A DNA stretch of 40,000 nucleotides from Acidimicrobiales bacterium (GTDB lineage Bacteria; Actinomycetota; Acidimicrobiia; Acidimicrobiales; AC-14): NCBI GenBank assembly GCA_025463925.1, contig JAODBK010000049.1, forward strand, positions 111,535-151,534. Reading direction: 5' to 3'. A program made the position numbers and the translations under genes. Below the pieces are notes generated by a model, which saw nothing but the letters and a program-made list of their open reading frames with translations, ran no database searches and was not told where the DNA came from. Of this stretch, positions 24,904 through 33,326 are shown in pieces. Every line of letters starts with the position of its first letter. Within the stretch, counting starts at the first letter, position 1.

Positions 24904-26292
24904 ATGAAGCGTCGCGCCTTGGTCGTACTCGTCATCGTCGCCGGACTGGTCGCCGCATCGTGCGGGCGAAGCGACAAGAAGGCGACCGGGGGGACGTCCG
25001 GGTCCACGACGACCGCGGCCGCGACTGCCGCCGACAAATGCACGTCCACCCCGCTGCAGGCCACCGAGGTCGGCGTCAGTCCCACCGAGATCACCGTCGA
25101 GGTGATGGCCGACATCGGCTCGCCGCTCGCGCCGGGTCTCTTCCAGGGGAACGTCGACGCCCTCAACGCGTACGCGACGTACGTCAACGCCCACGGCGGC
25201 ATCGGCTGCCGCAAGCTCGTCGTCAAGACCTGGGACTCACAGCTCAAGGCCGATGAGTCCAAGAACGGCATCATCGACGCGTGCAAGAACGCGGTGGCGA
25301 TGGTCGGCGGGAATTCGCTCTTCAACCCGGACGTGTCGCTGTACAACTCCTGCCCCGACAAGGCCGGCGCGGCCACTGGGCTCCCCGACCTCGCGGCGTT
25401 GGCCAACGACATCAACGAGCAGTGCAACTGGGCCGTCACCTTCCTGATCCAGGGCGTGTCGGAGCACTGCCCGATCACGCCTGGCCAACCACGACCGCTG
25501 TCAGGCGTCGTCGGCCCGTCGAAGTACTACCTGAACAAGGTGCCCGGCCTGCATGGCCTCTACCTCGTGCCGGGCGACCTGCCGACCACCCGGCAGTCGG
25601 CCACGTACCTCATCAAGGCGGCTGAGGACGCGGGCATCAAGTGGGACGCCAAGCTCCTCGTCGGTGGTCGCGACGAGCAGTCGGCGTACACGCCGCGCAT
25701 CCAGGCGCTGAAGGCCAACGGTTCGAACTTCGTCTACAACGGGTCCAACGACCAGGCGATGATCAAGATCCGCAAGGAGGCCAAGGCGCAGGGCGTCGAC
25801 TCGGTGAAGATCTGGGCCTGCTCGCTGGCGTGCTACACCCGCAACATGCTCACCCAGGGCGGTGCCGACGTCGAGGGCACCTACGTGTGGATGCAGTTCC
25901 TCCCGTTCGAGGAGGCCGACACCAACGCCGAGGCCAAGGCCTACGTCGACAGCGTCGGTGCCAACAAGGTCGATTCGTTCGGTGCGAACGCGTGGCAAGC
26001 GGCGGTGTTGTTCAAGCAGGTGATCGACCAGATCGTGCAGACCGACGGCCCCAACGCGATCACCCGGGCCAAGATGCTCGAGGTCCTCAAGGGCACCAAG
26101 GACTTCTCGGCCAACGGCTGGCTCGGTCCGAAGGACCTCCACGGCTTCTCGACGTGCCAGGTCATCATGCAGGTCCAGGCCGGCAAGTTCGTCCGGGTCT
26201 TCCCGCAGGAGCGCGGAAAGATGGACTGCAACCCGGCCAACATCGTCACGGTGAACCTGGATCCGGTGGCCGAGGCCGCCAAGCTGAAATAG
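24904..26292 (+). CDS. ABC transporter substrate-binding lipoprotein (LivK/Peripla_BP_6-like)
   Basis: ORF 24904..26292 with RBS aggggga upstream. Lipobox LVAASC|G followed by a Ser/Thr/Ala linker. First gene of the liv-type operon. Confidence 0.8.
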   Translation: MKRRALVVLVIVAGLVAASCGRSDKKATGGTSGSTTTAAATAADKCTSTPLQATEVGVSPTEITVEVMADIGSPLAPGLFQGNVDALNAYATYVNAHGGIGCRKLVVKTWDSQLKADESKNGIIDACKNAVAMVGGNSLFNPDVSLYNSCPDKAGAATGLPDLAALANDINEQCNWAVTFLIQGVSEHCPITPGQPRPLSGVVGPSKYYLNKVPGLHGLYLVPGDLPTTRQSATYLIKAAEDAGIKWDAKLLVGGRDEQSAYTPRIQALKANGSNFVYNGSNDQAMIKIRKEAKAQGVDSVKIWACSLACYTRNMLTQGGADVEGTYVWMQFLPFEEADTNAEAKAYVDSVGANKVDSFGANAWQAAVLFKQVIDQIVQTDGPNAITRAKMLEVLKGTKDFSANGWLGPKDLHGFSTCQVIMQVQAGKFVRVFPQERGKMDCNPANIVTVNLDPVAEAAKLK

Positions 26293-26318
26293 CGCACTGA
26301 GGCGCTGAGGCGGACACC

Positions 26319-28553
26319 ATGCGGCTCAAGACGAAGCCGACCACGATCGCGGCGGGCGTGGCGGTCGCGGTGTTCGCACTCGTCGTCATCAACGGCAACC
26401 GCGGTCCGGCGGTCTACAGCGGGCACAACATCGCCATCGCCTTGGTGGTCGGCATCTCGCTCGGCGGCATCTACGCGATCTCGGCCGGCGGCCTGGTCGT
26501 CACCTACTCGACCACCGGCATCTTCAACTTCGCCCACGGGGCCATCGGCTGCTTCCTGGCGTTCGTCTACTGGGAGCTCCGCGTCAACCGGAACTGGCCG
26601 ACGCCGCTCGCGCTGATCGCGGTGATCTTCGTGCTGGCGCCGCTGCTCGGCATCGGGCTCGACGTGTTCCTCATGCGCCGCTTGCGCAACGCACCGCTGG
26701 TCGTCCAGCTGATGGTGACGGTCGGCCTCATGCTGACGTTCATGGGGATCACCCTCACCATGTGGAAGCCGACCCAGGGCCGGGCGCTGCAGCACTTCTT
26801 CGAGAGCTCGAAAGGCGTCGAGGTCGGGAACGTGATCGCGACCTGGCACCGGATCATCACCGTCGCGGTCGCGCTCGGGATCGCGCTGCTCCTGCGGACC
26901 CTCCTCTACCGCACGCGCATCGGCATCTCCATGCGGGCGGTCGTGGACAACCGCAACCTCGCCGGCCTCACCGGTGCCCGGCCGTCCGTCATCAGCGGCG
27001 CGTCGTGGGCGCTCGGATGCATGACGGCTGCCGTGGCCGGCATCCTCATCGCCCCCGAGACCGGGCTGGTCGTCGAGAACCTGACACTGGTCATCGTCGT
27101 CGCATTCGCGGCGGCCGCCATCGGCCAGCTCAAGAGCCTGCCGTGGGCCTTCGCCGGCGGGATGATCATCGGTCTGGTCACCGGCTTCACCCGGGTGTTC
27201 ATCGCGTTCGGTCCCAACTACTCATACGCGTCGGAAGCGATCCCGGCAGTGATCTTGTTCATCGCGGTGCTGTTCCTGCCGCAGGCGCGGTTGGCGACCG
27301 GAAGCCTCCGTCTGACGAAGCGGACGGAGCGACTGACGACGCCGGGGGAGGCGCTCGGCGCAGCGGCGTTGATCTTCGGGCTGGTGGCGGCGTGGGCCAA
27401 CGGCTGGATCCCGTGGATCACCGGCACCACCTTCGGCCAGCGGACCGAAGTGTGGCTCGGGCGCGGCGTCGGCTTCCTCGTCATCGGCCTCATCATGCTG
27501 TCGCTGGTGCCGTTGATCGGCTGGGCCGGGCAGGTGAGTTTCGCCAACTTCGCCATCGCCGGGTTCGGCGCCGCGATGTACGCCCACGTCGGCGGGCAGC
27601 ACGGCAATCCGCTGGCCCTGCTGTGGGTGATGCTCATCTGCGCGCCGCTCGGCGCCCTCGTCGCGCTTCCGGCCCTCCGCCTCAAGGGGCTCTACCTCGC
27701 GCTGGCCACGATGGCGTTCGCCGAGTTCAGCGACAAGATCCTGTTCCGGCATCCGCGGATCATCGACCCCGTGAAGAACGGGCGGCTGTACGAGCCGTTG
27801 CGGGTGTTGGGGTTCCGGATCAGCAGCGACGGGCCCGACCGGAAGGCGTTCGTGATCTTCCTGGCGCTGGCGTTCGTCGTGCTGTTCCTCCTGTTGGAGG
27901 CGCTGCGCCGGAGCCGGTGGGCCCGCCGGTGGATCGCGATGGCCGACAGCCCGGCGGCGTCCGCGACCATCGGCGTCAACCTCACCACGGCGAAGATCGC
28001 GGTGTTCGCGCTGTCCGGCGCGATGGCCGGGTTCGCCGGATGCATGCTCGGTCTCCAGCAGGGATCGTTGCGCGGCGATTCGTTCCCGCTGTTCGCCGGC
28101 CTGCCGCTCGTGCTTTTGCTCGCCGTCCAGGGCGTGCGCTACCCCGTGGCCGCGTTCATGGGCGTCGTGGGACTCGCGGCATTTCCGGCGCTGTACGAGG
28201 TGGCGGGCCAGCCGAACTACCTCACGTCGATCGCGCTCATCGGCCCCGGCCTGGCCGCCATCGCCATGGCCTACCGCCCGGAAGGCGCGGTGTTCTACGC
28301 CGGCCGCGACCTCGCGGCGTTGCTGCCATGGCGCAGGGACGCGCGCGAGGAGAAGGCGCTCGCCGTCGCCAAGCTCCGGTCGCAGGACGTCACGCGCGAC
28401 GAGATCAACGATCTCGGCATCGACCGGCCGTTCACCGTCGAGAAGATCGCGCAGCTCGACCGCGCCCTGAACGTGGCGGACGAGCTGCTCGAGCGACCCG
28501 GGGTCGGGGCCCCGCCGGCCGAGGAGGTGCCCGACGGCACTCTTGTCAGCTGA
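26319..28553 (+). CDS. Fused branched-chain-amino-acid-type ABC permease (LivH-LivM fusion) with C-terminal soluble tail
   Basis: ORF 26319..28553 (744 aa). It is hydrophobic throughout. The first ~290 aa are LivH-like and the remainder LivM-like, followed by a ~90-aa charged tail. Confidence 0.8.
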   Translation: MRLKTKPTTIAAGVAVAVFALVVINGNRGPAVYSGHNIAIALVVGISLGGIYAISAGGLVVTYSTTGIFNFAHGAIGCFLAFVYWELRVNRNWPTPLALIAVIFVLAPLLGIGLDVFLMRRLRNAPLVVQLMVTVGLMLTFMGITLTMWKPTQGRALQHFFESSKGVEVGNVIATWHRIITVAVALGIALLLRTLLYRTRIGISMRAVVDNRNLAGLTGARPSVISGASWALGCMTAAVAGILIAPETGLVVENLTLVIVVAFAAAAIGQLKSLPWAFAGGMIIGLVTGFTRVFIAFGPNYSYASEAIPAVILFIAVLFLPQARLATGSLRLTKRTERLTTPGEALGAAALIFGLVAAWANGWIPWITGTTFGQRTEVWLGRGVGFLVIGLIMLSLVPLIGWAGQVSFANFAIAGFGAAMYAHVGGQHGNPLALLWVMLICAPLGALVALPALRLKGLYLALATMAFAEFSDKILFRHPRIIDPVKNGRLYEPLRVLGFRISSDGPDRKAFVIFLALAFVVLFLLLEALRRSRWARRWIAMADSPAASATIGVNLTTAKIAVFALSGAMAGFAGCMLGLQQGSLRGDSFPLFAGLPLVLLLAVQGVRYPVAAFMGVVGLAAFPALYEVAGQPNYLTSIALIGPGLAAIAMAYRPEGAVFYAGRDLAALLPWRRDAREEKALAVAKLRSQDVTRDEINDLGIDRPFTVEKIAQLDRALNVADELLERPGVGAPPAEEVPDGTLVS

Positions 28554-29277
28554 GCAGGTGGTCGTGCGGTTCAGTGGCCTGGTCGCGCTGTCCGACGTCA
28601 CCGTCGAGGTCGAGCCGGGACGCGTCACCGGCCTGATCGGCCCGAATGGCGCCGGCAAGACGACGTGCTTCAACGTCATCACCGGCTTGCAGGAGCCGTC
28701 GAGCGGGCGGGTGGTGTTCGACGGCGCCGACATCACCGGCAAGAGCCCGTACAAGCGGGCCCGCATGGGGATCGCCCGGACCTTCCAGAAGCTCGAGGCG
28801 TTCAGCAGCCTGTCGGCGCGCGACAACGTGCTCGTGGCCGCCGAGCAGCGCAAGGCGTGGGACCGGTCCGGCTTCAACCCCGGCGCGGTCGCCGACGAGC
28901 TCCTCGAACGCGTCGGCATCAGCCACTTGGCGAACTTCATGGTCGGGACTCTGCCGACGGGGACGGCGCGGCTGGTGGAGCTGGCGCGGGCCTTGGCGAC
29001 CGATCCCAAGGTGCTCCTGCTCGACGAGCCGTCGTCCGGGCTGAACGAGGACGAGACGCTGGAGGTGGCGCGCCTCCTGCGCGTCCTGGCGGCCGACGGA
29101 CTGGCCGTGCTGCTCGTCGAGCACGACATGTCGCTCGTCATGGGCACGTGCGAGGTGATCGACGTGCTGGACTTCGGCAGCATCATCTTCAGCGGCACGC
29201 CGGCTGACGTGCAGCGGAGCCACGCGGTGCAGGCCGCGTACCTCGGGTCGGGGGCGACCAAGGCCGGCGCGCGATGA
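28543..29277 (+). CDS. livG: ABC transporter ATP-binding protein (LivG-like)
   Basis: ORF 28543..29277. Walker A GPNGAGKTT and Walker B LLLDEPSSGL. The start may instead be GTG 28558 or 28564. Confidence 0.85.
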   Translation: MSAEQVVVRFSGLVALSDVTVEVEPGRVTGLIGPNGAGKTTCFNVITGLQEPSSGRVVFDGADITGKSPYKRARMGIARTFQKLEAFSSLSARDNVLVAAEQRKAWDRSGFNPGAVADELLERVGISHLANFMVGTLPTGTARLVELARALATDPKVLLLDEPSSGLNEDETLEVARLLRVLAADGLAVLLVEHDMSLVMGTCEVIDVLDFGSIIFSGTPADVQRSHAVQAAYLGSGATKAGAR

Positions 29278-30008
29278 CGCCGCTCCTCGAGCTCCGCAAC
29301 CTGCGGGCCGGGTACGGGACGATCGATGTGCTGCACGGCGTCGACCTGGTGTTGCAGCCGGGCCAGGTGTACGCGCTCCTGGGGCCGAACGGGGCCGGCA
29401 AGACCACGACGCTTGCGGTGTGCAGCGGCCAGATCCTGCCGTCGGCCGGGCAGGTGCTCCTCTACGGACGGGAGATCAACGGTGTCAGCAGCGACGCCCT
29501 TGCGCGCGCCGGCGTGTGCCTCATCCCCGAGGGCCGCGGCGTCTTCCCGAACCTGACGGTCGCCGAGAACCTGCGAATGTCGACCCACGCCGGCGCGTCG
29601 TACGCCGACGTGCAGGAGCACGCGTTCACGCAGTTCCCGCGGCTCGAGGAGCGGCGGCGCCAGCTCGCCGGGACCCTGTCCGGCGGTGAGCAGCAGATGC
29701 TCGCGATCTCGCGCGCGTTGGCGACCGGCCCGGCGCTGCTCCTGCTCGACGAGCTCTCGATGGGCCTGGCGCCGATCATCGTCGAGGAGCTGTACGAGCG
29801 GGTCGCCGCCCTTGCCCAACAGGGCATCTCGATCCTCATCGTCGAGCAGTTCGCGCAAGCCGTCCTCGGCGTGGCGACCGTCGCGTCGGTCATGCTGCAC
29901 GGGCGGATCGCCCACACCGGTTCGCCGCAAGAGATCGCCGAGGGACTCACCGCGGCGTACCTCGGCGGAGCGGTTGACAAGGCCCACACGCGACAAGGAG
30001 CACCATGA
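29274..30008 (+). CDS. livF: ABC transporter ATP-binding protein (LivF-like)
   Basis: ORF 29274..30008 (ATGA overlap). GPNGAGKTT, signature LSGGEQQML and Walker B LLLLDELSMGL. Confidence 0.9.
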   Translation: MTPLLELRNLRAGYGTIDVLHGVDLVLQPGQVYALLGPNGAGKTTTLAVCSGQILPSAGQVLLYGREINGVSSDALARAGVCLIPEGRGVFPNLTVAENLRMSTHAGASYADVQEHAFTQFPRLEERRRQLAGTLSGGEQQMLAISRALATGPALLLLDELSMGLAPIIVEELYERVAALAQQGISILIVEQFAQAVLGVATVASVMLHGRIAHTGSPQEIAEGLTAAYLGGAVDKAHTRQGAP

Positions 30009-30379
30009 CCGTGGCCGATCTCTCGCCTCCCGACGAAACCATCTCGCCCCGACTCCAGCAGTTCCAGGCCGAGGTCGAGCAGTTGAAGGTCACCGGTGGC
30101 CGGGCCAATCCCGAGCGCATGTGGGCGATCGTCGGCGTACTCGCCATGGCCGCCGGCGTCGTGCTGTCGCTGGTCGCGTGGATCCTCACCCAGGGCACCA
30201 CCAGCACCCTCGACTTCGCCAGCTACAACGCCATGGGCACCTTCGCCATGGCGCTCACCATCGGTGGCACCGGCCTGTTCGTCGTGATGTCGCTGCGGCG
30301 GTACTTCCGCTACTGGCTGGTGCGGTTCATCTACGAGATGCGCGACCAGGCCGACCGGGTGGTCTCGCCCGACAAGTAG
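30005..30379 (+). CDS. Small two-TM membrane protein coupled to the liv operon
   Basis: ORF 30005..30379 with an ATGA overlap with livF. Two hydrophobic segments (WAIVGVLAMAAGVVLSLVAWIL; FAMALTIGGTGLFVVMSL). Confidence 0.6.
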   Translation: MTVADLSPPDETISPRLQQFQAEVEQLKVTGGRANPERMWAIVGVLAMAAGVVLSLVAWILTQGTTSTLDFASYNAMGTFAMALTIGGTGLFVVMSLRRYFRYWLVRFIYEMRDQADRVVSPDK

Positions 30380-30398
30380 AGTGATCGCCCGCAGCAAG

Positions 30399-30473
30399 GG
30401 CGGCGTGGCCGAGTGGTTTAGGCAAGGGCCTGCAAAGCCCTGTACACCGGTTCGATTCCGGTCGCCGCCTCCA
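30399..30473 (+). tRNA. tRNA-Cys (anticodon GCA), CCA encoded
   Basis: Manual fold. Acceptor GGCGGCG/CGCCGCC, D arm GCC...GGC, anticodon stem AGGGC/GCCCT with loop CU-GCA-AA, 4-nt variable region, T arm ACCGG-UUCGAUU-CCGGU, discriminator U73, then CCA. Confidence 0.85.
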
Positions 30474-30526
30474 ACGAGTTCTCCCTGGTCACGTGCGGTG
30501 CACAGGGCTTTGGCTCGCTCCGCTCG
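30429..30526 (+). repeat. tRNA-proximal att-type direct repeat (bipartite)
   Basis: Block 1 is 30429-30471 (anticodon loop to acceptor end). A 14-nt unrelated spacer follows. Block 2 is 30486-30526 (tggtcacgtgcggtgcacagggctttggctcgctccgctcg). Confidence 0.8.
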
Positions 30527-30534
30527 TCAAGACG

Positions 30535-30556
30535 CCATCCCGCGTCCATCCCGCGG
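30535..30556 (+). repeat. Tandem 11-mer (t/g)ccatcccgcg x2, candidate arm-type integrase/Xis site
   Basis: ccatcccgcgtccatcccgcgg, 64 nt inside the element from the proximal core, in non-coding DNA. Confidence 0.5.
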
Positions 30557-30563
30557 CTCAGGC

Positions 30564-30728
30564 CTACCGCTCCGCGGCGTCGCCGAGCTCGTGACGGCGA
30601 ACGCGTCGCGTCTTGCCGAGCTGCCGCAGCTCGCCGACGGACTTCCGAACTGCATCACCATTGCCAGCGTGCTTGTGCGGCTTGCACAGGCGGCAGCCCT
30701 TCCAGCGTCGTGACGAGGTGCGAGCCAT
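30564..30728 (-). CDS. Small basic CxxC protein (54 aa), below the ORF-track cutoff
   Basis: Hand translation gives MARTSSRRWKGCRLCKPHKHAGNGDAVRKSVGELRQLGKTRRVRRHELGDAAER. ATG 30728 is preceded by GGAGG with a 7-nt spacer. The stop TAG is at 30564-30566. Confidence 0.6.
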   Translation of the reverse strand: MARTSSRRWKGCRLCKPHKHAGNGDAVRKSVGELRQLGKTRRVRRHELGDAAER

Positions 30729-30817
30729 CGCACGACCTCCGCGAGTACCTCGCCGTCAACACGACGAAGATTTCAGGATCGCAGCCCTGTCAAGAGACCG
30801 GGCGATCGTCCGCTGGA

Positions 30818-31000
30818 TCAGCGGTGGCTCTCGGCGTACGCCCGCACGGCCAGCAGCGGCACGTAGAAGAGGCCGTCGTCGCCCTTCACGCGGGGCAGAT
30901 CGCGCGTGTCCATGAGCAACAGCACCTGGTAGGTGTCGAGCCCGAGTGCGCGACCTGCTTGCGGCGGGGTCAGCAGTTCTTCGGTGGCATTCACGTCCAC
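30818..31000 (-). CDS. Excisionase-like helix-turn-helix protein (HTH_17/AlpA-like)
   Basis: ORF 30818..31000. LLTPPQAGRALGLDTYQVLLLMDTRDLPRVK has the Xis/MerR-type HTH pattern. Confidence 0.6.
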   Translation of the reverse strand: MDVNATEELLTPPQAGRALGLDTYQVLLLMDTRDLPRVKGDDGLFYVPLLAVRAYAESHR

Positions 31001-31013
31001 AACGGTACCCGTC

Positions 31014-31199
31014 TCATTCCTCGGGCCAGAGCCGGTTCATCAGCAGCTCCATCGACCACCGGAGGCGCTCCCAGGACACCTCGAACGCCGGGCTGGTGCG
31101 GTCGATCAGGTCCACAGCGTCGAGCAGCGCGGCCACGATCCGGAACGCCTCCGCCTTCGACAGCCTCATCTCGTCGTCGCCTTCGAAGAAGCTCGCCAC
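31014..31199 (-). CDS. Hypothetical small protein
   Basis: ORF 31014..31199. It starts 3 nt after the integrase stop on the same strand. No motif recognised. Confidence 0.45.
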   Translation of the reverse strand: MASFFEGDDEMRLSKAEAFRIVAALLDAVDLIDRTSPAFEVSWERLRWSMELLMNRLWPEE

Positions 31200-31202
31200 G
31201 GG

Positions 31203-32300
31203 TCACTGACCGCCGATCGCTTCGTCGAGGTACGCCGCGATCTCTCGGTCGCGTTGTTCGGTGGCGTGCTGGTAGATGAGCGCGGCCCGGGGTGAGGCGT
31301 GGCCGATGCGGGCCATCAGCTCCTTTGTGGTGATGCCGGGCATGCGAGCCGTCAACGTGGCCGCGTGGTGGCGGAGGTCGTGGATGCGGAGGCCCTCCGG
31401 TGCGTCCGCTACCGTCCGGGCCGCTTGCCACTCCTTCGAGAGCAGGGCCCGGGTGATCGGCTCGCCTCGTGGTCCGGTGAACAGCACGCCCGACTCGCCG
31501 GGCTGGCCGTAACTGGCGAGATGCTTCTCGAGCGCCTCGACGACGACCTTCGGGAGGCTGACGGTCCGCTGGCCGGCCTCGGACTTCGGTCCGGTCACGA
31601 GGCGGCCTTGACCGACGACCTGTTGCGCTTGGACGAGCACCGTGAGGCGCGCGTTCTCGATGTCGACGTCGCAGCGACGAAGCCCGAGCAGCTCCCCGGT
31701 TCGTAGACCGACGAAGCCGGCGATGATCACGAGCGCCCGAAGTCGCTCGCTGATCGAGTCAGCAAGCTTGAAGACGAGCGCTGAGTCGATCATCGGACGC
31801 TCATCAGCGCGCTCGCTGCCGCCACCGCGAATGCGACACGGGTTGCGCACGATCAGCTCGTCGTCGACGGCCGTGTTGAGGATCGCTCGCAGCAGTCGGT
31901 AGCTCTTCGCCGCCTGATCGCGCCCGGCGCTGACGGAGACCTTCGAGTACCAGTCGCGCACGACCGACGGCGTGAGCCGCGCCAGCTCGTACTGGCCGAT
32001 CGTCGATTCGATGTTGCGAGCGAGCAGCCCGAGGTAACTCTGCTTCGTCATCGGCGCGAGCGGCTTGCCCTTCACGAGCCGCGTGTCGAGCCAGCGCTGG
32101 GCGAAGGCGGCGAGCTTCTCGCGCCGTCGTCGCGGATCTGCGATGGGCCCCGTGAGACGCTCGGCCTCGACCTGGCGAACGCGGTTCTCGGCGTCTTGGC
32201 GGCGCTTGAACGTCTCTTCGACCGCACGCCCACCGGCGCGGTAGCGGACGTCGTAGCGAGCCTCTCCGGCCGCTGTGAGGCGCTTCGAGATCGAAGCCAT
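31203..32300 (-). CDS. int: Tyrosine recombinase / phage-type integrase
   Basis: ORF 31203..32300. Catalytic signature residues are visible: GLRTGELLGL (Arg), HDLRHHAAT (HxxR), GHASPRAALIYQH (His...Tyr). An N-terminal SAM-like arm/core-binding region is also present. Confidence 0.92.
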   Translation of the reverse strand: MASISKRLTAAGEARYDVRYRAGGRAVEETFKRRQDAENRVRQVEAERLTGPIADPRRRREKLAAFAQRWLDTRLVKGKPLAPMTKQSYLGLLARNIESTIGQYELARLTPSVVRDWYSKVSVSAGRDQAAKSYRLLRAILNTAVDDELIVRNPCRIRGGGSERADERPMIDSALVFKLADSISERLRALVIIAGFVGLRTGELLGLRRCDVDIENARLTVLVQAQQVVGQGRLVTGPKSEAGQRTVSLPKVVVEALEKHLASYGQPGESGVLFTGPRGEPITRALLSKEWQAARTVADAPEGLRIHDLRHHAATLTARMPGITTKELMARIGHASPRAALIYQHATEQRDREIAAYLDEAIGGQ

Positions 32301-32303
32301 CCG

Positions 32304-32621
32304 TCAGTCCTTCGTGAGATCGATGAAGGGCAGCGGAGGCTGCGAGGCGTCTCTGCGGCGAGGCGCTCGTCGCATCGTACGCGGGGGTGGTGACAGCAAC
32401 GCCTCGACATACCGGTGCACGGCGACAAGCGGGACCCGAGCCGCCCGCCCGATGTGCACCACCTGGAGCTCGTCGCCGGCGGTCAGTTCGTGCGCCTTCG
32501 TCCGCCCGACCCCGAGCATCGCCGCCGCCTCCACGATCGTCAGCAGCAACCGTTCGCGCTCCTCGACCTCCACGAGATGACCCATCGCGGTATCCACGTA
32601 CGCTCGCGACCCGAATAGCAC
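32304..32621 (-). CDS. Excisionase-like HTH DNA-binding protein upstream of int
   Basis: ORF 32304..32621. LLLTIVEAAAMLGVGRTKAHELTAGDELQVVHIGRAARVP has the HTH_17 pattern. Its stop lies 3 nt before the int start. Start is either GTG 32621 or ATG 32585. Confidence 0.7.
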   Translation of the reverse strand: MLFGSRAYVDTAMGHLVEVEERERLLLTIVEAAAMLGVGRTKAHELTAGDELQVVHIGRAARVPLVAVHRYVEALLSPPPRTMRRAPRRRDASQPPLPFIDLTKD

Positions 32622-32716
32622 TACGCGTTTCTCAGATCGCGATCAGCGACCCCTCGAAGACGCACACGGACTTGCCGTTGACGCAAAGCGCTAACGGCGG
32701 GCGCGATGCTGGGCCC

Positions 32717-33208
32717 GTGGAGCACCTTGGATCGGCCGCTGATGAGGACGGCGAAAGGACGCTCTACGTCCAGTCGGTGGACTCGTTCGACTCCTGGCCG
32801 GCTCTCCGCGGCGGGGATGCGTGGCGAGCCGTGGTCGAGGACGGCACGACGGGTTTCGCTCTGTTCCTTGCCTGTGACGCCACGTCTCTGACCGCCGAGG
32901 CGCTCGCGACCTTTGCTCAGTACTGCCTCGATCATGACGTCTTCTGGGTCTCAACGTTCGGCGCTGACTGCGAGCGAGTTCACGACGTCTTCGACGAGGT
33001 CGACACCAAGCGAGGGATCGAGGACCGCGGCGTCGTCATGACCACGTGGCATCACGATGAGAGCGTTACCGACGCGCTTGACCTCTTCTGGCACGCCTTC
33101 CCCGACGAGCTGAAGCAGGGTGGCCCCGCCCGCGTCGTGTTGCTCGTCGATCGTGACGAGTGGCTCGAGGAAGTTCGGCGCTCAGCCGCTGACGATCTCG
33201 GGCCGTAG
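32717..33208 (+). CDS. Hypothetical acidic protein (element cargo)
   Basis: In-frame part of ORF 32387..33208 from GTG 32717. It shows coding-like periodicity but many T-ending codons. No RBS and no family recognised. Confidence 0.5.
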   Translation: MEHLGSAADEDGERTLYVQSVDSFDSWPALRGGDAWRAVVEDGTTGFALFLACDATSLTAEALATFAQYCLDHDVFWVSTFGADCERVHDVFDEVDTKRGIEDRGVVMTTWHHDESVTDALDLFWHAFPDELKQGGPARVVLLVDRDEWLEEVRRSAADDLGP

Positions 33209-33215
33209 GCCCGTT

Positions 33216-33237
33216 CCATCCCGCGTCCATCCCGCGG
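33216..33237 (+). repeat. Second copy of the tandem 11-mer, same orientation
   Basis: An identical 22-mer ccatcccgcgtccatcccgcgg, 100 nt inside the element from the distal core, just after the cargo gene stop. Confidence 0.5.
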
Positions 33238-33326
33238 TCGCTGAGATTCGCGGGTGTTCGCCGAGGTCCGCGCGTGTGACCAGGAGGTTCTTACGAGGGC
33301 GGTCTTTCAGACCGCCGGAGGAAGAA

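Noticed and set aside
27222-29996. 924-aa minus-strand ORF antisense to the permease and ATPase genes
   Set aside because: Same reasoning. The sense strand carries unambiguous Walker A/B and ABC signature motifs, and the antisense product has no recognisable features.
30381-30713. 110-aa ORF starting right after the liv operon
   Set aside because: It runs straight through the tRNA-Cys gene and the att repeats, so it is not plausible as coding sequence.
33298-33316. Hairpin ggcggtc-tttca-gaccgcc that can be read as a tRNA anticodon arm (loop CUUUCAG, anticodon UUC) just upstream of the displaced tRNA-Cys 3' half
   Set aside because: There is no matching acceptor 5' strand or D arm upstream, and the distance to the T arm is too long. 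It is probably a simple hairpin, possibly the cargo-gene terminator, and not a hybrid tRNA.
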